From: an uncultured Collinsella sp.
GTDB taxonomy: Bacteria; Actinomycetota; Coriobacteriia; Coriobacteriales; Coriobacteriaceae
NCBI GenBank assembly: GCA_958431945.1
Contig: CAUASQ010000001.1
Span: 1-36,955 of the forward strand
Length of the DNA stretch: 36,955 nucleotides
Direction: 5' to 3'
This document shows, piece after piece, positions 8,782 through 17,036 of the stretch. Every line of letters starts with the position of its first letter. The stretch's first letter is position 1. The position numbers and the translations under genes were made by a program. Under the pieces are notes generated by a model. It did no database searches, was not told the DNA's origin, and saw nothing but the letters and a program-made list of their open reading frames with translations.

Positions 8782-9390
8782 CTAATGAGCAAGAAGAGAG
8801 GGATCTAGGAGAGACCTAATAGTTCTTGGAAGCTGGGAATCATCGAACTCACCATCTTTAAACAAGAGGGAATCATATAGCTTCTTATCGTTCTGTCTCG
8901 AAAAGATATGAGTGACCAGATGCACATCGTGGGCCTTTGAAAAACAATCTTCGTCCCTTAAAGATTCAGCAATATAACAACCGCCCCTATAGTTCATGAG
9001 TAAGGAAAAGTTCAAGTCTGTTGTTCCAAACTTATAGCACTGCGATTTTGTTGATATGTCTTCGAGCATAAAGCACGCGGAGGTTGCAAAAGAGGCAAGC
9101 TGAACAATATGGTTGACTTTTCTGCGACACAGAGCGTAGGGATGGCGATTCGAAAAGTCGATCTGCGACGCAGCAAGTTTTCCTCTGGATGCCAATTTGA
9201 AAAACTGCTTAGCCGACAAATGACTATCTACGCCAGTTAAATGCTTGAAATTTTCGGCCTTATAAATAACTTCGATATACCTGTCATCGAAAACGTACAT
9301 GAATGACTTTCCGACAAGAAAACCGCGATAAAGTTTTGCTGCCTGATTAATTTCCGCAACTATCGCCTTCCGATCTTCAGCCCTACCCAT
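8782..9390 (-). CDS. PBECR4-domain protein (Barnase/EndoU/ColicinE5-D/RelE-like nuclease family); putative toxin RNase
   Basis: AAKLY...LVGK...YVF...IEV.YKAENFKHLTGV pattern. ATG at 9390 just after the terminator, with a GGGG RBS-like run. Low GC. Confidence 0.75.
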   Translation of the reverse strand: MGRAEDRKAIVAEINQAAKLYRGFLVGKSFMYVFDDRYIEVIYKAENFKHLTGVDSHLSAKQFFKLASRGKLAASQIDFSNRHPYALCRRKVNHIVQLASFATSACFMLEDISTKSQCYKFGTTDLNFSLLMNYRGGCYIAESLRDEDCFSKAHDVHLVTHIFSRQNDKKLYDSLLFKDGEFDDSQLPRTIRSLLDPSLLAH

Positions 9391-9402
9391 ACTGCCCCAA
9401 TC

Positions 9403-9426
9403 AAAAAAGCCGGGATAACCCCGGCT
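9403..9426 (-). terminator. Intrinsic terminator between the ncRNA and the PBECR4 gene
   Basis: Minus strand AGCCGGG-GTTAT-CCCGGCT followed by a T-run. Confidence 0.75.
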
Positions 9427-9437
9427 GATAATCAAAG

Positions 9438-9633
9438 AGGCGGTTTTCTGCTGGCTGTCAGCCGCGGCATCCTCACGGAAACCTAGTTGTCGCCGGAATT
9501 ATAGTCCCCGGCGCGGACTCACCTTATCTCCCCGGTGCGGGCTCGATATCCTCTCGGATATCTAATCGTCTTGGACTTTTTACCTGTCCAAGCACAGTAC
9601 AGCTTTTACGTGCCGCCACACGGAGCTTAGCTC
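9438..9633 (-). ncRNA. Putative structured ncRNA (candidate RNA antitoxin or leader) upstream of PBECR4
   Basis: Hairpins GAGC-TAA-GCTC, CTTGGAC-N9-GTCCAAG, GATATCC-GAGA-GGATATC, CGCCGGGG-N7-TTCCGGCG and GGCT-GAC-AGCC. Bounded by a promoter and a terminator. Duplicated at 4031..4225. Confidence 0.7.
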
Positions 9634-9639
9634 AAGATT

Positions 9640-9668
9640 ATTATCTATAACTCAAGCCACTAAAGCAA
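9640..9668 (-). promoter_or_regulatory. sigma70-type promoter for the ncRNA-PBECR4 unit
   Basis: TTGCTT (9663-9668), 17-nt spacer, GATAAT (9640-9645), then 6 nt to the RNA start. Confidence 0.65.
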
Positions 9669-9806
9669 GCTACGCACGGGCATGGTCAAATTAAATTCAA
9701 ACCTTGGTCATCAATCACATCTACCGCGGGCCGATAACGCCCGCCTCATGTGCTGCGATATAATCAATCTCACTAAATGCCAAATCAGCAAGCCGAAGGA
9801 GCTAAC

Positions 9807-10256
9807 GTGCTAACAATTCACTATGGTGATATGGAAAACGTTATCTACAACACTTCGGTTTACTTCGATAACGTCTATTCGCCCCAGTGGTTTCAAGATG
9901 CCTTTGCTCAAAGGGTCATAAAATCCATCGACAAAGGCACCGTGGTAGGCCCCAATGCAATCGATACCAAGATTCTAGGTATCATTCCTCCCGAAAAACT
10001 ATCCAGCGGCACCAAAACACTGCTGCTTATGTACTTTATGCCGGAGAACGTATATAACGCCTCAAATTGCGGTGATAATTGCGCCTACTGGATTCTGCGG
10101 ATCGCCGCGCAAAAGGATTTAGCAATCAATCTCTACCATTTAATGGATTTTGGAAACGGCAAATTCACGGCTGTCATTGCGAACACAGGCGATGTCGTTC
10201 ACACGATGTTTGACCTTGTCCCCATAGCTGGAAAATGCCTAAGGGAGAACTCCTGA
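9807..10256 (+). CDS. DUF4869-family protein
   Basis: GTG start with GAAGGAG RBS and TATAAT at 9759-9764. TGATG overlap with the next gene. Confidence 0.8.
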   Translation: MLTIHYGDMENVIYNTSVYFDNVYSPQWFQDAFAQRVIKSIDKGTVVGPNAIDTKILGIIPPEKLSSGTKTLLLMYFMPENVYNASNCGDNCAYWILRIAAQKDLAINLYHLMDFGNGKFTAVIANTGDVVHTMFDLVPIAGKCLRENS

Positions 10257-11233
10257 TGCGCGGATCATACAAGGTAATTATTCAAAATAACCGGGTTCAG
10301 TTTAAACTGACCATCAATAGAAATCTGACCATCATCCAGGGTAACAGTGCTACAGGCAAGACAACTCTGCTTGATATGGTGGCAGCTCACGAAGAGCTTG
10401 GGGCACAAAGCGGCGTAACAGTAAGTTGCAAAGTGCCCTGTAAAACAATATCTGGAAAATATTGGCGTAGAGATCTCCAAGAGATTTCCAGCAGTATTGT
10501 TTTTATTGATGAGGGCAATACTTTTGTTCGATCAAGAGAATTTGCCCATGAAGCAAAGCGTAGCTCAAACTACTACGTAATTGTCGCCAGAGAGTCACTG
10601 CGCCAACTGCCCTATAGCGTTGATGAAATCTACGGTCTTAAGAACACCAACCGAACCACAACGAAGTATCCCGTTTACTCTCGTGTCTACACCTCTACAT
10701 ATCGTATTTACGGTGATACTGATTTTAAAGGCGAGAGGCCCGAGCTTGTCATTGTCGAGGACACAAATTCGGGCTACGAATTCTTCAGTTTGCTATGCAA
10801 AAAGAGCAGCATTAAATGCATCAGCGCGGGAGGCAAATCAAATATTTGCAACTGCATTATGGACGCACCGGAAAACGACATCCTCGTGATTGCCGACGGT
10901 GCCGCCTTTGGACCAGAAATTGCGGAAGCAGCTGCTCTATTGCGCCGAAAGAACATCAAGCTATTCCTACCGGAATCGTTTGAATGGCTCGTGTTGAAGT
11001 CGGGATTATTCAACAGCAAACACATTAAGGACATGCTGCTTAACCCCGCTGAACATATCGAAAGCTCAAAGTTCTTTAGCTGGGAGAAGTTCTTTACTGC
11101 AGAACTCATCGAATGCTCACGAGACACACGTTTTCGATATGACAAGAGCTGCTTGAACGAGGAGTACCTGAACCCCACCGCTCTTGCAGCTCTGGAGGAT
11201 ACTTTGCCGGACCTTGGCATTACTTCGCACTAA
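10256..11233 (+). CDS. P-loop ATPase fused to a TOPRIM-like domain (OLD-like architecture)
   Basis: Walker A GNSATGKTT and Walker B IVFIDE. TOPRIM-like VIVEDTNSG...GGKSN...VIADG, then LPESFEW. Translationally coupled to DUF4869. Confidence 0.75.
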   Translation: MRGSYKVIIQNNRVQFKLTINRNLTIIQGNSATGKTTLLDMVAAHEELGAQSGVTVSCKVPCKTISGKYWRRDLQEISSSIVFIDEGNTFVRSREFAHEAKRSSNYYVIVARESLRQLPYSVDEIYGLKNTNRTTTKYPVYSRVYTSTYRIYGDTDFKGERPELVIVEDTNSGYEFFSLLCKKSSIKCISAGGKSNICNCIMDAPENDILVIADGAAFGPEIAEAAALLRRKNIKLFLPESFEWLVLKSGLFNSKHIKDMLLNPAEHIESSKFFSWEKFFTAELIECSRDTRFRYDKSCLNEEYLNPTALAALEDTLPDLGITSH

Positions 11234-13716
11234 AACGAGAAGTACTCACTGTCGGAGGATAGGTTTGGTCCGAGCCACGGGTCGCCATCGAGGAAGAACT
11301 CAGGCCAGTGCTGCATGAACAGCGCCTGCTCACGCTTCCAGCGGCGCAGCTTTTCCTCGTTGGCCTCTTCCCTGCCGCGCGAGGTGAACTCGTAGTGGTA
11401 CAGCTCGGCATAGGGCGTAAAGATGGTGCGGTAACCCGCCTCCCACACGCGCAGGCAAAAGTCTGCGTCGTTAAAACCGACGGCGAATTCCTCGTTGTAG
11501 CCGCCGACGCGCTCAAATACGTCGCGTCGCACCATCTGGCAGGCACCCGTCACGGCGCTAAAGTTGCCCGGGCGCACGGCACGGGCAAGATAGCCCTCGC
11601 GCTTTGCCGAGAAGTCCTGGTTGGCATGGGCAAGTGCGCCACGCACGCCAACCAAAATGCCGGCATGCTGCACCAGATGATCGGCAAAGTAGAGTTTGGC
11701 GCCCACCACGCCCGCATCGGGACGCTGCAGATAGCCCATCATCTCTTCGATAAAGTCGGGGCTTATGACCTCGGTATCGTTGTTGAGCAGCAGCAGGTAG
11801 TCGCCCTTGGCGTGCTCCACGCCAAAATTGATGATCTGAGAGTAATTGAACTCGCCCGGCCAGTACACAACGCGCGCGATGCCCTTGCCTTCGGATGCTG
11901 CAGCCACGCGTTCCGGCAGGGTTTCGTAATACGCAAACGTATCCGGGGCTTCGCTGTTGTTCTCCACCAAGACGATCTCATAGTTGGCATACGTGGCCTT
12001 CTGGGCAATCGACATCACACAGGCATCGAGCGTCTCAACGTGGTCCTTGGTGGGAATCACAATGCTCACCAGCGGCGCAGGCTCCGGCAGCGCATGGCGC
12101 ATGCGGTAGACAAACGGCGTCTCGGTCTCCTCGACCGTTCCGTGAACGCCCAGCGAGTCAAAGTGGCGCTGCAGAGCCAGGCGCCCGGCCTCGATGGCAT
12201 ACGGTTTGCTGTCGGCGGATCCGTCGGCGGTCGACCCCGGATGCACGCGCCAGTGATACAACACGTGCGCAACATGCTCAAAGCGCGCACCCGCTGCAAG
12301 GCAGCGAAGCGTCAGGTCATAATCCTGGGCGCCCGCGACGTCTTCCGGCGACATGCCAATGCAATCGATAAGCGCCTTCTCCACCATCAGGAAATGCGTC
12401 ACGCAGTTATGGCTATAGAGCAGGTCGACGTTGAGCCGCGTCTTAAAGACCGGCTGGCCCCACTCCCCCGTTTTCTGGAACATGTCCTCGTCGCAGAACA
12501 GGACCTGGGGACGCTCGCCCTCGGCGGCCCTGTTCAGCGCGGCAACATAGTGGAATAATGCGTCCGGTTCCAGAATGTCGTCATGGTCCAAGAACGCGAT
12601 GTAGTCTCCAGCCGCCTGCTGAATACCAGCGTTAGTGTTGAGCACAATGCCGCCGTTGCCAGGCAGCTCAATACGACGAACCCGCTCGTCATTGGCGGCA
12701 GCCGCAAGATTGGCCACCGCATCCCATTCGGGCGAGGCGTCCATAAGCAGCAATTCCCAGTTGTCATAGCTCTGGGCTAGCACCGAGTCCAGCAGCTCGC
12801 GCAGGTAGACCCGATCAGTTTTATAGCACGGCACCACAATGCTCACGAGAGGTCTATAGGCAAAGGCCGCCGAAGCGACACGCTGGCACGCCAAATCGCC
12901 CGGCTTTGCGCGATGCTGCTCAAACCAACGTCGATAGGCTACGTCGTCCGCACGCGCGTCCTTCATGCGGTTCCAACTGTCATCGACCATGCCGTTGTAC
13001 AGGCGACCATCCATGGCGCAAAACCCGCTCTGGATCTGCTCTGTGGGATCGCTCACAATCGTGACAAAATCTCGTATATCCTGAGGCATCTCAACGCTCA
13101 GATACGTTTTATTGACGCGGCAACCGTTGCGCTGCGGCACATCGACCTGCGATTCAAACACATGCACGGTAGCATCGATGGCATTCATATGCGTATCGAA
13201 GATCTGGAGCTCAGGCGCGCACTGGGGGTCTCCCGCCCAGGTAACCTCATAACGCCACACCGCGCCGGCGTCTGCCGGCAAATAGCGAATGGCATCGATC
13301 TCGTAGCGACCGCAGCATTCGCCACGCTGCGCATCGCGGATAAGCGCACACAGCGCAGGCTTTGCTTTGTAGTTAATCTTGGATTCCAGCTTGGCCACGC
13401 GGCTATCGAGGCGAATAGAGCCCAACCTTTGGCCACCGAATGCAAAAACGGCATCCATCGACGAGCCATCCAAAAACGGAAGCACCAAGACGGCGAGCTC
13501 GCGTTCGTAATCGGAAACGGAAGGGCAAAGCGCCAGCACACGGCCATGATCGACCGGGAGTACCAGCGACGGCACACAAGAACCGCTCGTCGTCGCATGG
13601 GCAAACGCTTGAGAACCCTCCCGCTCAATAAGCGCGGCGACATCCTGACCGGCAAAACGAAGCAGCACAAACAGACGGCCCTGGCTGCGGCAAAGCGCCA
13701 AACGCTTGATACTCAT
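11230..13716 (-). CDS. Two-domain family 2 glycosyltransferase
   Basis: Two GT-A modules: VSIVVPCY...FLDHDD and VSIVIPTKD...LLNNDT...SAVTGAC...NDADFC. Confidence 0.92.
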   Translation of the reverse strand: MSIKRLALCRSQGRLFVLLRFAGQDVAALIEREGSQAFAHATTSGSCVPSLVLPVDHGRVLALCPSVSDYERELAVLVLPFLDGSSMDAVFAFGGQRLGSIRLDSRVAKLESKINYKAKPALCALIRDAQRGECCGRYEIDAIRYLPADAGAVWRYEVTWAGDPQCAPELQIFDTHMNAIDATVHVFESQVDVPQRNGCRVNKTYLSVEMPQDIRDFVTIVSDPTEQIQSGFCAMDGRLYNGMVDDSWNRMKDARADDVAYRRWFEQHRAKPGDLACQRVASAAFAYRPLVSIVVPCYKTDRVYLRELLDSVLAQSYDNWELLLMDASPEWDAVANLAAAANDERVRRIELPGNGGIVLNTNAGIQQAAGDYIAFLDHDDILEPDALFHYVAALNRAAEGERPQVLFCDEDMFQKTGEWGQPVFKTRLNVDLLYSHNCVTHFLMVEKALIDCIGMSPEDVAGAQDYDLTLRCLAAGARFEHVAHVLYHWRVHPGSTADGSADSKPYAIEAGRLALQRHFDSLGVHGTVEETETPFVYRMRHALPEPAPLVSIVIPTKDHVETLDACVMSIAQKATYANYEIVLVENNSEAPDTFAYYETLPERVAAASEGKGIARVVYWPGEFNYSQIINFGVEHAKGDYLLLLNNDTEVISPDFIEEMMGYLQRPDAGVVGAKLYFADHLVQHAGILVGVRGALAHANQDFSAKREGYLARAVRPGNFSAVTGACQMVRRDVFERVGGYNEEFAVGFNDADFCLRVWEAGYRTIFTPYAELYHYEFTSRGREEANEEKLRRWKREQALFMQHWPEFFLDGDPWLGPNLSSDSEYFSF

Positions 13717-14784
13717 CTACACTTCTCGCTTTCCCAGAGCGTTCGCTGCCATGCGTTTGCAGGCACCCAGGCGCCCAAACCTCAAGACGTCGTAATCGAA
13801 CATGAGCTTTTTGCACTCACGGGCATTGGGGGCCTTGCTGGTAAGCGCCGCACGCACCATAGCAGCAACAGAAGGAGCGCATTGTGTGAGCGCAGCATCC
13901 CTGCCCACGGCAGAACCGGCAAGCGCCGTGGCAACGGCAGCAAACACCTTGCCGCAGTCCGAACCCAGTAACCTGAGCGCATCGTACAGCACCAGATCGC
14001 ACAGGAAATATGCAAGGTCATCGGCATGCTGGGCATCGAGACCGTCGCGCCGCCAGTCAGCCAGCACCGCGGAGTAAATCTTCACGTGCTCCAGCAGACG
14101 CGTCTCGTCGTCGTAGCGCATGGTGTCCATGAGCGAACCCTTGCGCGCCACGCGGTAGTCATACAGCTTGTTCGAGATAAGCGCGGTCTTATGCGAACGA
14201 CCGTACACGGCAAAATCGAAGACCTGGTCCTCGCCATACTTAACGGTTTCGTCGAACACGATCCCGTTGCCCAGCAAAAACTCACGCTTGCAGGCGGTGC
14301 GCCATGCAAAGGGGCGAGACGCTTCCTTAAACAACAGGTCAGAGCTATAGCCTTCAAACGACACATCACGCGGGCTCAGCACATAGTTAAGCCACGGATA
14401 CCCCGCCTCCAGCGGATACGGATTCGCGCCAAAGGTCAAAACGTCGCAGTCCTCGCGCTCAAAGGCATCGACGATCACGCGGCATGCATCGGGCGTAAAC
14501 CGGTCGTCGGAATCCAAAAACGCGACGATAGGCGCCGTGGACGCAGCGATGCCTGCATTACGCGCACTCGACAGGCCACCGTTCTCCTTATCGACCAGCG
14601 TAAAGCGCGCATCCTTTTCGCAATAAGCGGCCGCAATATCGCGCGAACCGTCCGGCGAGCCATCGTTGACCAGCACGCCTTCCCAATCGGGCATGTCCTG
14701 CGCAAGCAGGGAGTCCAGGCACCAAGCCAGGCACTCCTCCACGTTATAGATGGGAACGACAACGGAAATCTTGGGGGTAGCCAT
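13717..14784 (-). CDS. Family 2 glycosyltransferase
   Basis: ISVVVPIYNVE...VNDGS...NGGLSSARN...FLDSDD. The ATG at 14784 fits the AGGAG RBS best (alternative GTG at 14790). Confidence 0.92.
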   Translation of the reverse strand: MATPKISVVVPIYNVEECLAWCLDSLLAQDMPDWEGVLVNDGSPDGSRDIAAAYCEKDARFTLVDKENGGLSSARNAGIAASTAPIVAFLDSDDRFTPDACRVIVDAFEREDCDVLTFGANPYPLEAGYPWLNYVLSPRDVSFEGYSSDLLFKEASRPFAWRTACKREFLLGNGIVFDETVKYGEDQVFDFAVYGRSHKTALISNKLYDYRVARKGSLMDTMRYDDETRLLEHVKIYSAVLADWRRDGLDAQHADDLAYFLCDLVLYDALRLLGSDCGKVFAAVATALAGSAVGRDAALTQCAPSVAAMVRAALTSKAPNARECKKLMFDYDVLRFGRLGACKRMAANALGKREV

Positions 14785-14796
14785 AGTCACTCGCTC

Positions 14797-15915
14797 CTAC
14801 TGTGCGGCCGGAACGTCATCGGGGTGCGGATTATCGCCGTAGGTGCGCTGATACGTCAGCACGCGCCAGACCAGCAGGAGGCCGCCAATCTTAAAGTAAT
14901 GCTTAAACGTATTGATCTTGCCCGGCTTCTTAAAGTCAAAGCGCGAATCGATATAGGCACGAGGCGACTTGACCATCAGGCGCAAATCGGTCTCGCCGCG
15001 TGGATCAAACAGCGACAGGTCAAAGCGACCGGCATCCCAGTCGGCCTTGAGCTCGGGTGAAGCCTTCTCCCAAAACTGCCCACGCAGCTCATCGACCAGG
15101 CGCTCATCATTCCAACGGTACGTATCGACCTTCATGCGCATTAAAATGCCCTGGAGCTGAGCCTTGAGCTCGGGGCGCTCGTCCAAAAAACGTTGCATCT
15201 CGGCATATTCATCGCACACGCAAAACACCTTGTTGGGCGAATTAACGGAGCTCTTCTCGTTATCCTGGCGATAGCACAAAATGGGGTCCGTAATAAACGC
15301 GGCACGCTCGGCGCAAGCCCAAACCTTAAAGTTAAAGCCTGCGTCCTGATACGAGGCACCCGGCGTGGGAAGGAATCGAATCTGATTGTCGTTGAGGAAC
15401 TCGCGTCGATAGATAGCCGACCAAATGGAAGGTTTGCGGTAGAAGATCCCCGGGCGATCGACGGGGCGATACGCCGCGTCCGTCATATGCTTGTCAATAA
15501 TCCCAAACAGCTCACGGCGCTCGCTGGGCGTGGACCAATACAGGTAAAAGTCGCCCTTTACCACATCGGCATGCTCAGCATCGGCCTTGGCGACCAGCTT
15601 TTGGAGCGAATTCTCAAACATAAAGTCGTCGGACTCAAGGATGCCCACGTACTCACCGCGCGCCATCTCCAGGCCGCGGTTCATCGAGTCGCCGTAGCCG
15701 CTGTTGGCCTTGTCAATCATCTTGACGCGCCCATCGCGCTCCATGTACTCGCGGATGATATCCGCCGAGCTATCGGTAGAGCCGTCGTTGATGCAAATAA
15801 TCTCGATGTCCTCGAGCGTCTGCGCCACGGCGGAATCGAGGCACTCGCGCAAGTAGCGCTCCACATTGCAAATGGGGACAAGCAGCGAAACTTTAGGGGT
15901 ATCAGAGTTCTGCAA
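14797..15915 (-). CDS. Family 2 glycosyltransferase
   Basis: TTG start at 15915 after AGGAGG. VSLLVPICNVE...INDGSTD...ILESDD. Confidence 0.9.
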   Translation of the reverse strand: MQNSDTPKVSLLVPICNVERYLRECLDSAVAQTLEDIEIICINDGSTDSSADIIREYMERDGRVKMIDKANSGYGDSMNRGLEMARGEYVGILESDDFMFENSLQKLVAKADAEHADVVKGDFYLYWSTPSERRELFGIIDKHMTDAAYRPVDRPGIFYRKPSIWSAIYRREFLNDNQIRFLPTPGASYQDAGFNFKVWACAERAAFITDPILCYRQDNEKSSVNSPNKVFCVCDEYAEMQRFLDERPELKAQLQGILMRMKVDTYRWNDERLVDELRGQFWEKASPELKADWDAGRFDLSLFDPRGETDLRLMVKSPRAYIDSRFDFKKPGKINTFKHYFKIGGLLLVWRVLTYQRTYGDNPHPDDVPAAQ

Positions 15916-15989
15916 GAGAACCTCCTGTTGAATAGCGTGTAACAGGGTTATTTTAACAGCCGAGTTGCGGCGGGCGGCAGCGCTTGGAA

Positions 15990-17030
15990 TTAGAGAAAGC
16001 GCTCCAGGCAGGCTTTGAGACCGCGAGTCGAAAGATAGAACAGCGTGGCGTCTGCCATCGAAACGCCCGAGGTCGCCGCAACGAGCTTGTGGGCAACACG
16101 GCAAACGGCGCCCTTGGCGGGCATATCCGCCCACGCCGTTCCCAAAAACGTCGTGAGGTCCATGTTGACGCGAGACGCCACGCGTTGGAAGTCATCAGCA
16201 TCCAAGCGCGCCAGGTCGAACACAATTAGGTCCAAAAACCAAGTTATCAGCTCGCCGGGACACAGGTCCAAAAGACCGTAGGCCGCCCAGTCCTCCAAGA
16301 CCTCCTCGAGCATCCTCATATGGGCATCGAGCTTTTTGGCGCGAGCCTCGACACTGTTGAACTCGTGCGTCGCCGATTCACTCTCCATCACGTAGTGGTA
16401 GAACTTGTCCGGCATGACGACGGTCTTGTGGGCAAGCGCATAAGCCGCAAATTGGAAGACGACGTCCTCGCCCAAAGCCAAACCGGGGGCGAAGCGAATG
16501 CCTTCGCGATTGAGCAGCTCGCGCGAAAAAGCCGCGCGGCAGGCATAGGGCTGCGCATTCGAATGGAACAGCAGTTGGGGATCACGGGCGCCGAAGGTAC
16601 CAGCTTTGGGGCTCATGAGTTGCTGGACGCGTTTGGGGGCAGCGTCGGCAGGTTCACAGACGCCGCCAAAAACGGCGGCCTCGGCATCTGCAGACTCCAT
16701 GGCATGTAGCACGCGCTCGACTGTCCGGGCATCGATGTAATCGTCGGCGTCCACAAAAAAGACGGTCTCGCCTCCGGCGGCATCGATACCGGCATTTCGA
16801 GCGCACGAGACACCCGCGTTTTCCTGGTCAATCACCAGTACGCGATCGTCGGTCTGCGCGATCTGGCGCAGCACGTTCAACGAATCATCAGTCGAACCGT
16901 CGTTGACGCAGACAACCTGAATCGAGCGCTCGGACTGGGCCAGCAGCGAATCGAGGCATCGCTGAATGGAGCGCGCAGAGTTGTAAACGGGGACGACAAT
17001 CGTAGCTTTAGGACACGAGTCCTCTCCCAT
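15990..17030 (-). CDS. Family 2 glycosyltransferase
   Basis: TIVVPVYNS...VNDGSTD...NAGVSCARN...FVDADD...GED. Confidence 0.92.
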   Translation of the reverse strand: MGEDSCPKATIVVPVYNSARSIQRCLDSLLAQSERSIQVVCVNDGSTDDSLNVLRQIAQTDDRVLVIDQENAGVSCARNAGIDAAGGETVFFVDADDYIDARTVERVLHAMESADAEAAVFGGVCEPADAAPKRVQQLMSPKAGTFGARDPQLLFHSNAQPYACRAAFSRELLNREGIRFAPGLALGEDVVFQFAAYALAHKTVVMPDKFYHYVMESESATHEFNSVEARAKKLDAHMRMLEEVLEDWAAYGLLDLCPGELITWFLDLIVFDLARLDADDFQRVASRVNMDLTTFLGTAWADMPAKGAVCRVAHKLVAATSGVSMADATLFYLSTRGLKACLERFL

Positions 17031-17036
17031 GCCGAC

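Noticed and set aside
9391..9435. N-terminal extension of PBECR4 in the ORF track (start 9435)
   Set aside because: It runs through the terminator hairpin; the ATG at 9390 is the more plausible start.
4031..9633. CRISPR array or tRNA interpretation of the repeated 195-nt element
   Set aside because: No repeat-spacer periodicity, no cas genes, and no cloverleaf with a TTCRA T-loop.
6609..11444. Diversity-generating retroelement (TR/VR) explanation for the GT 3'-end copies
   Set aside because: No reverse transcriptase in the window, and the differences are not adenine-specific but mostly synonymous.
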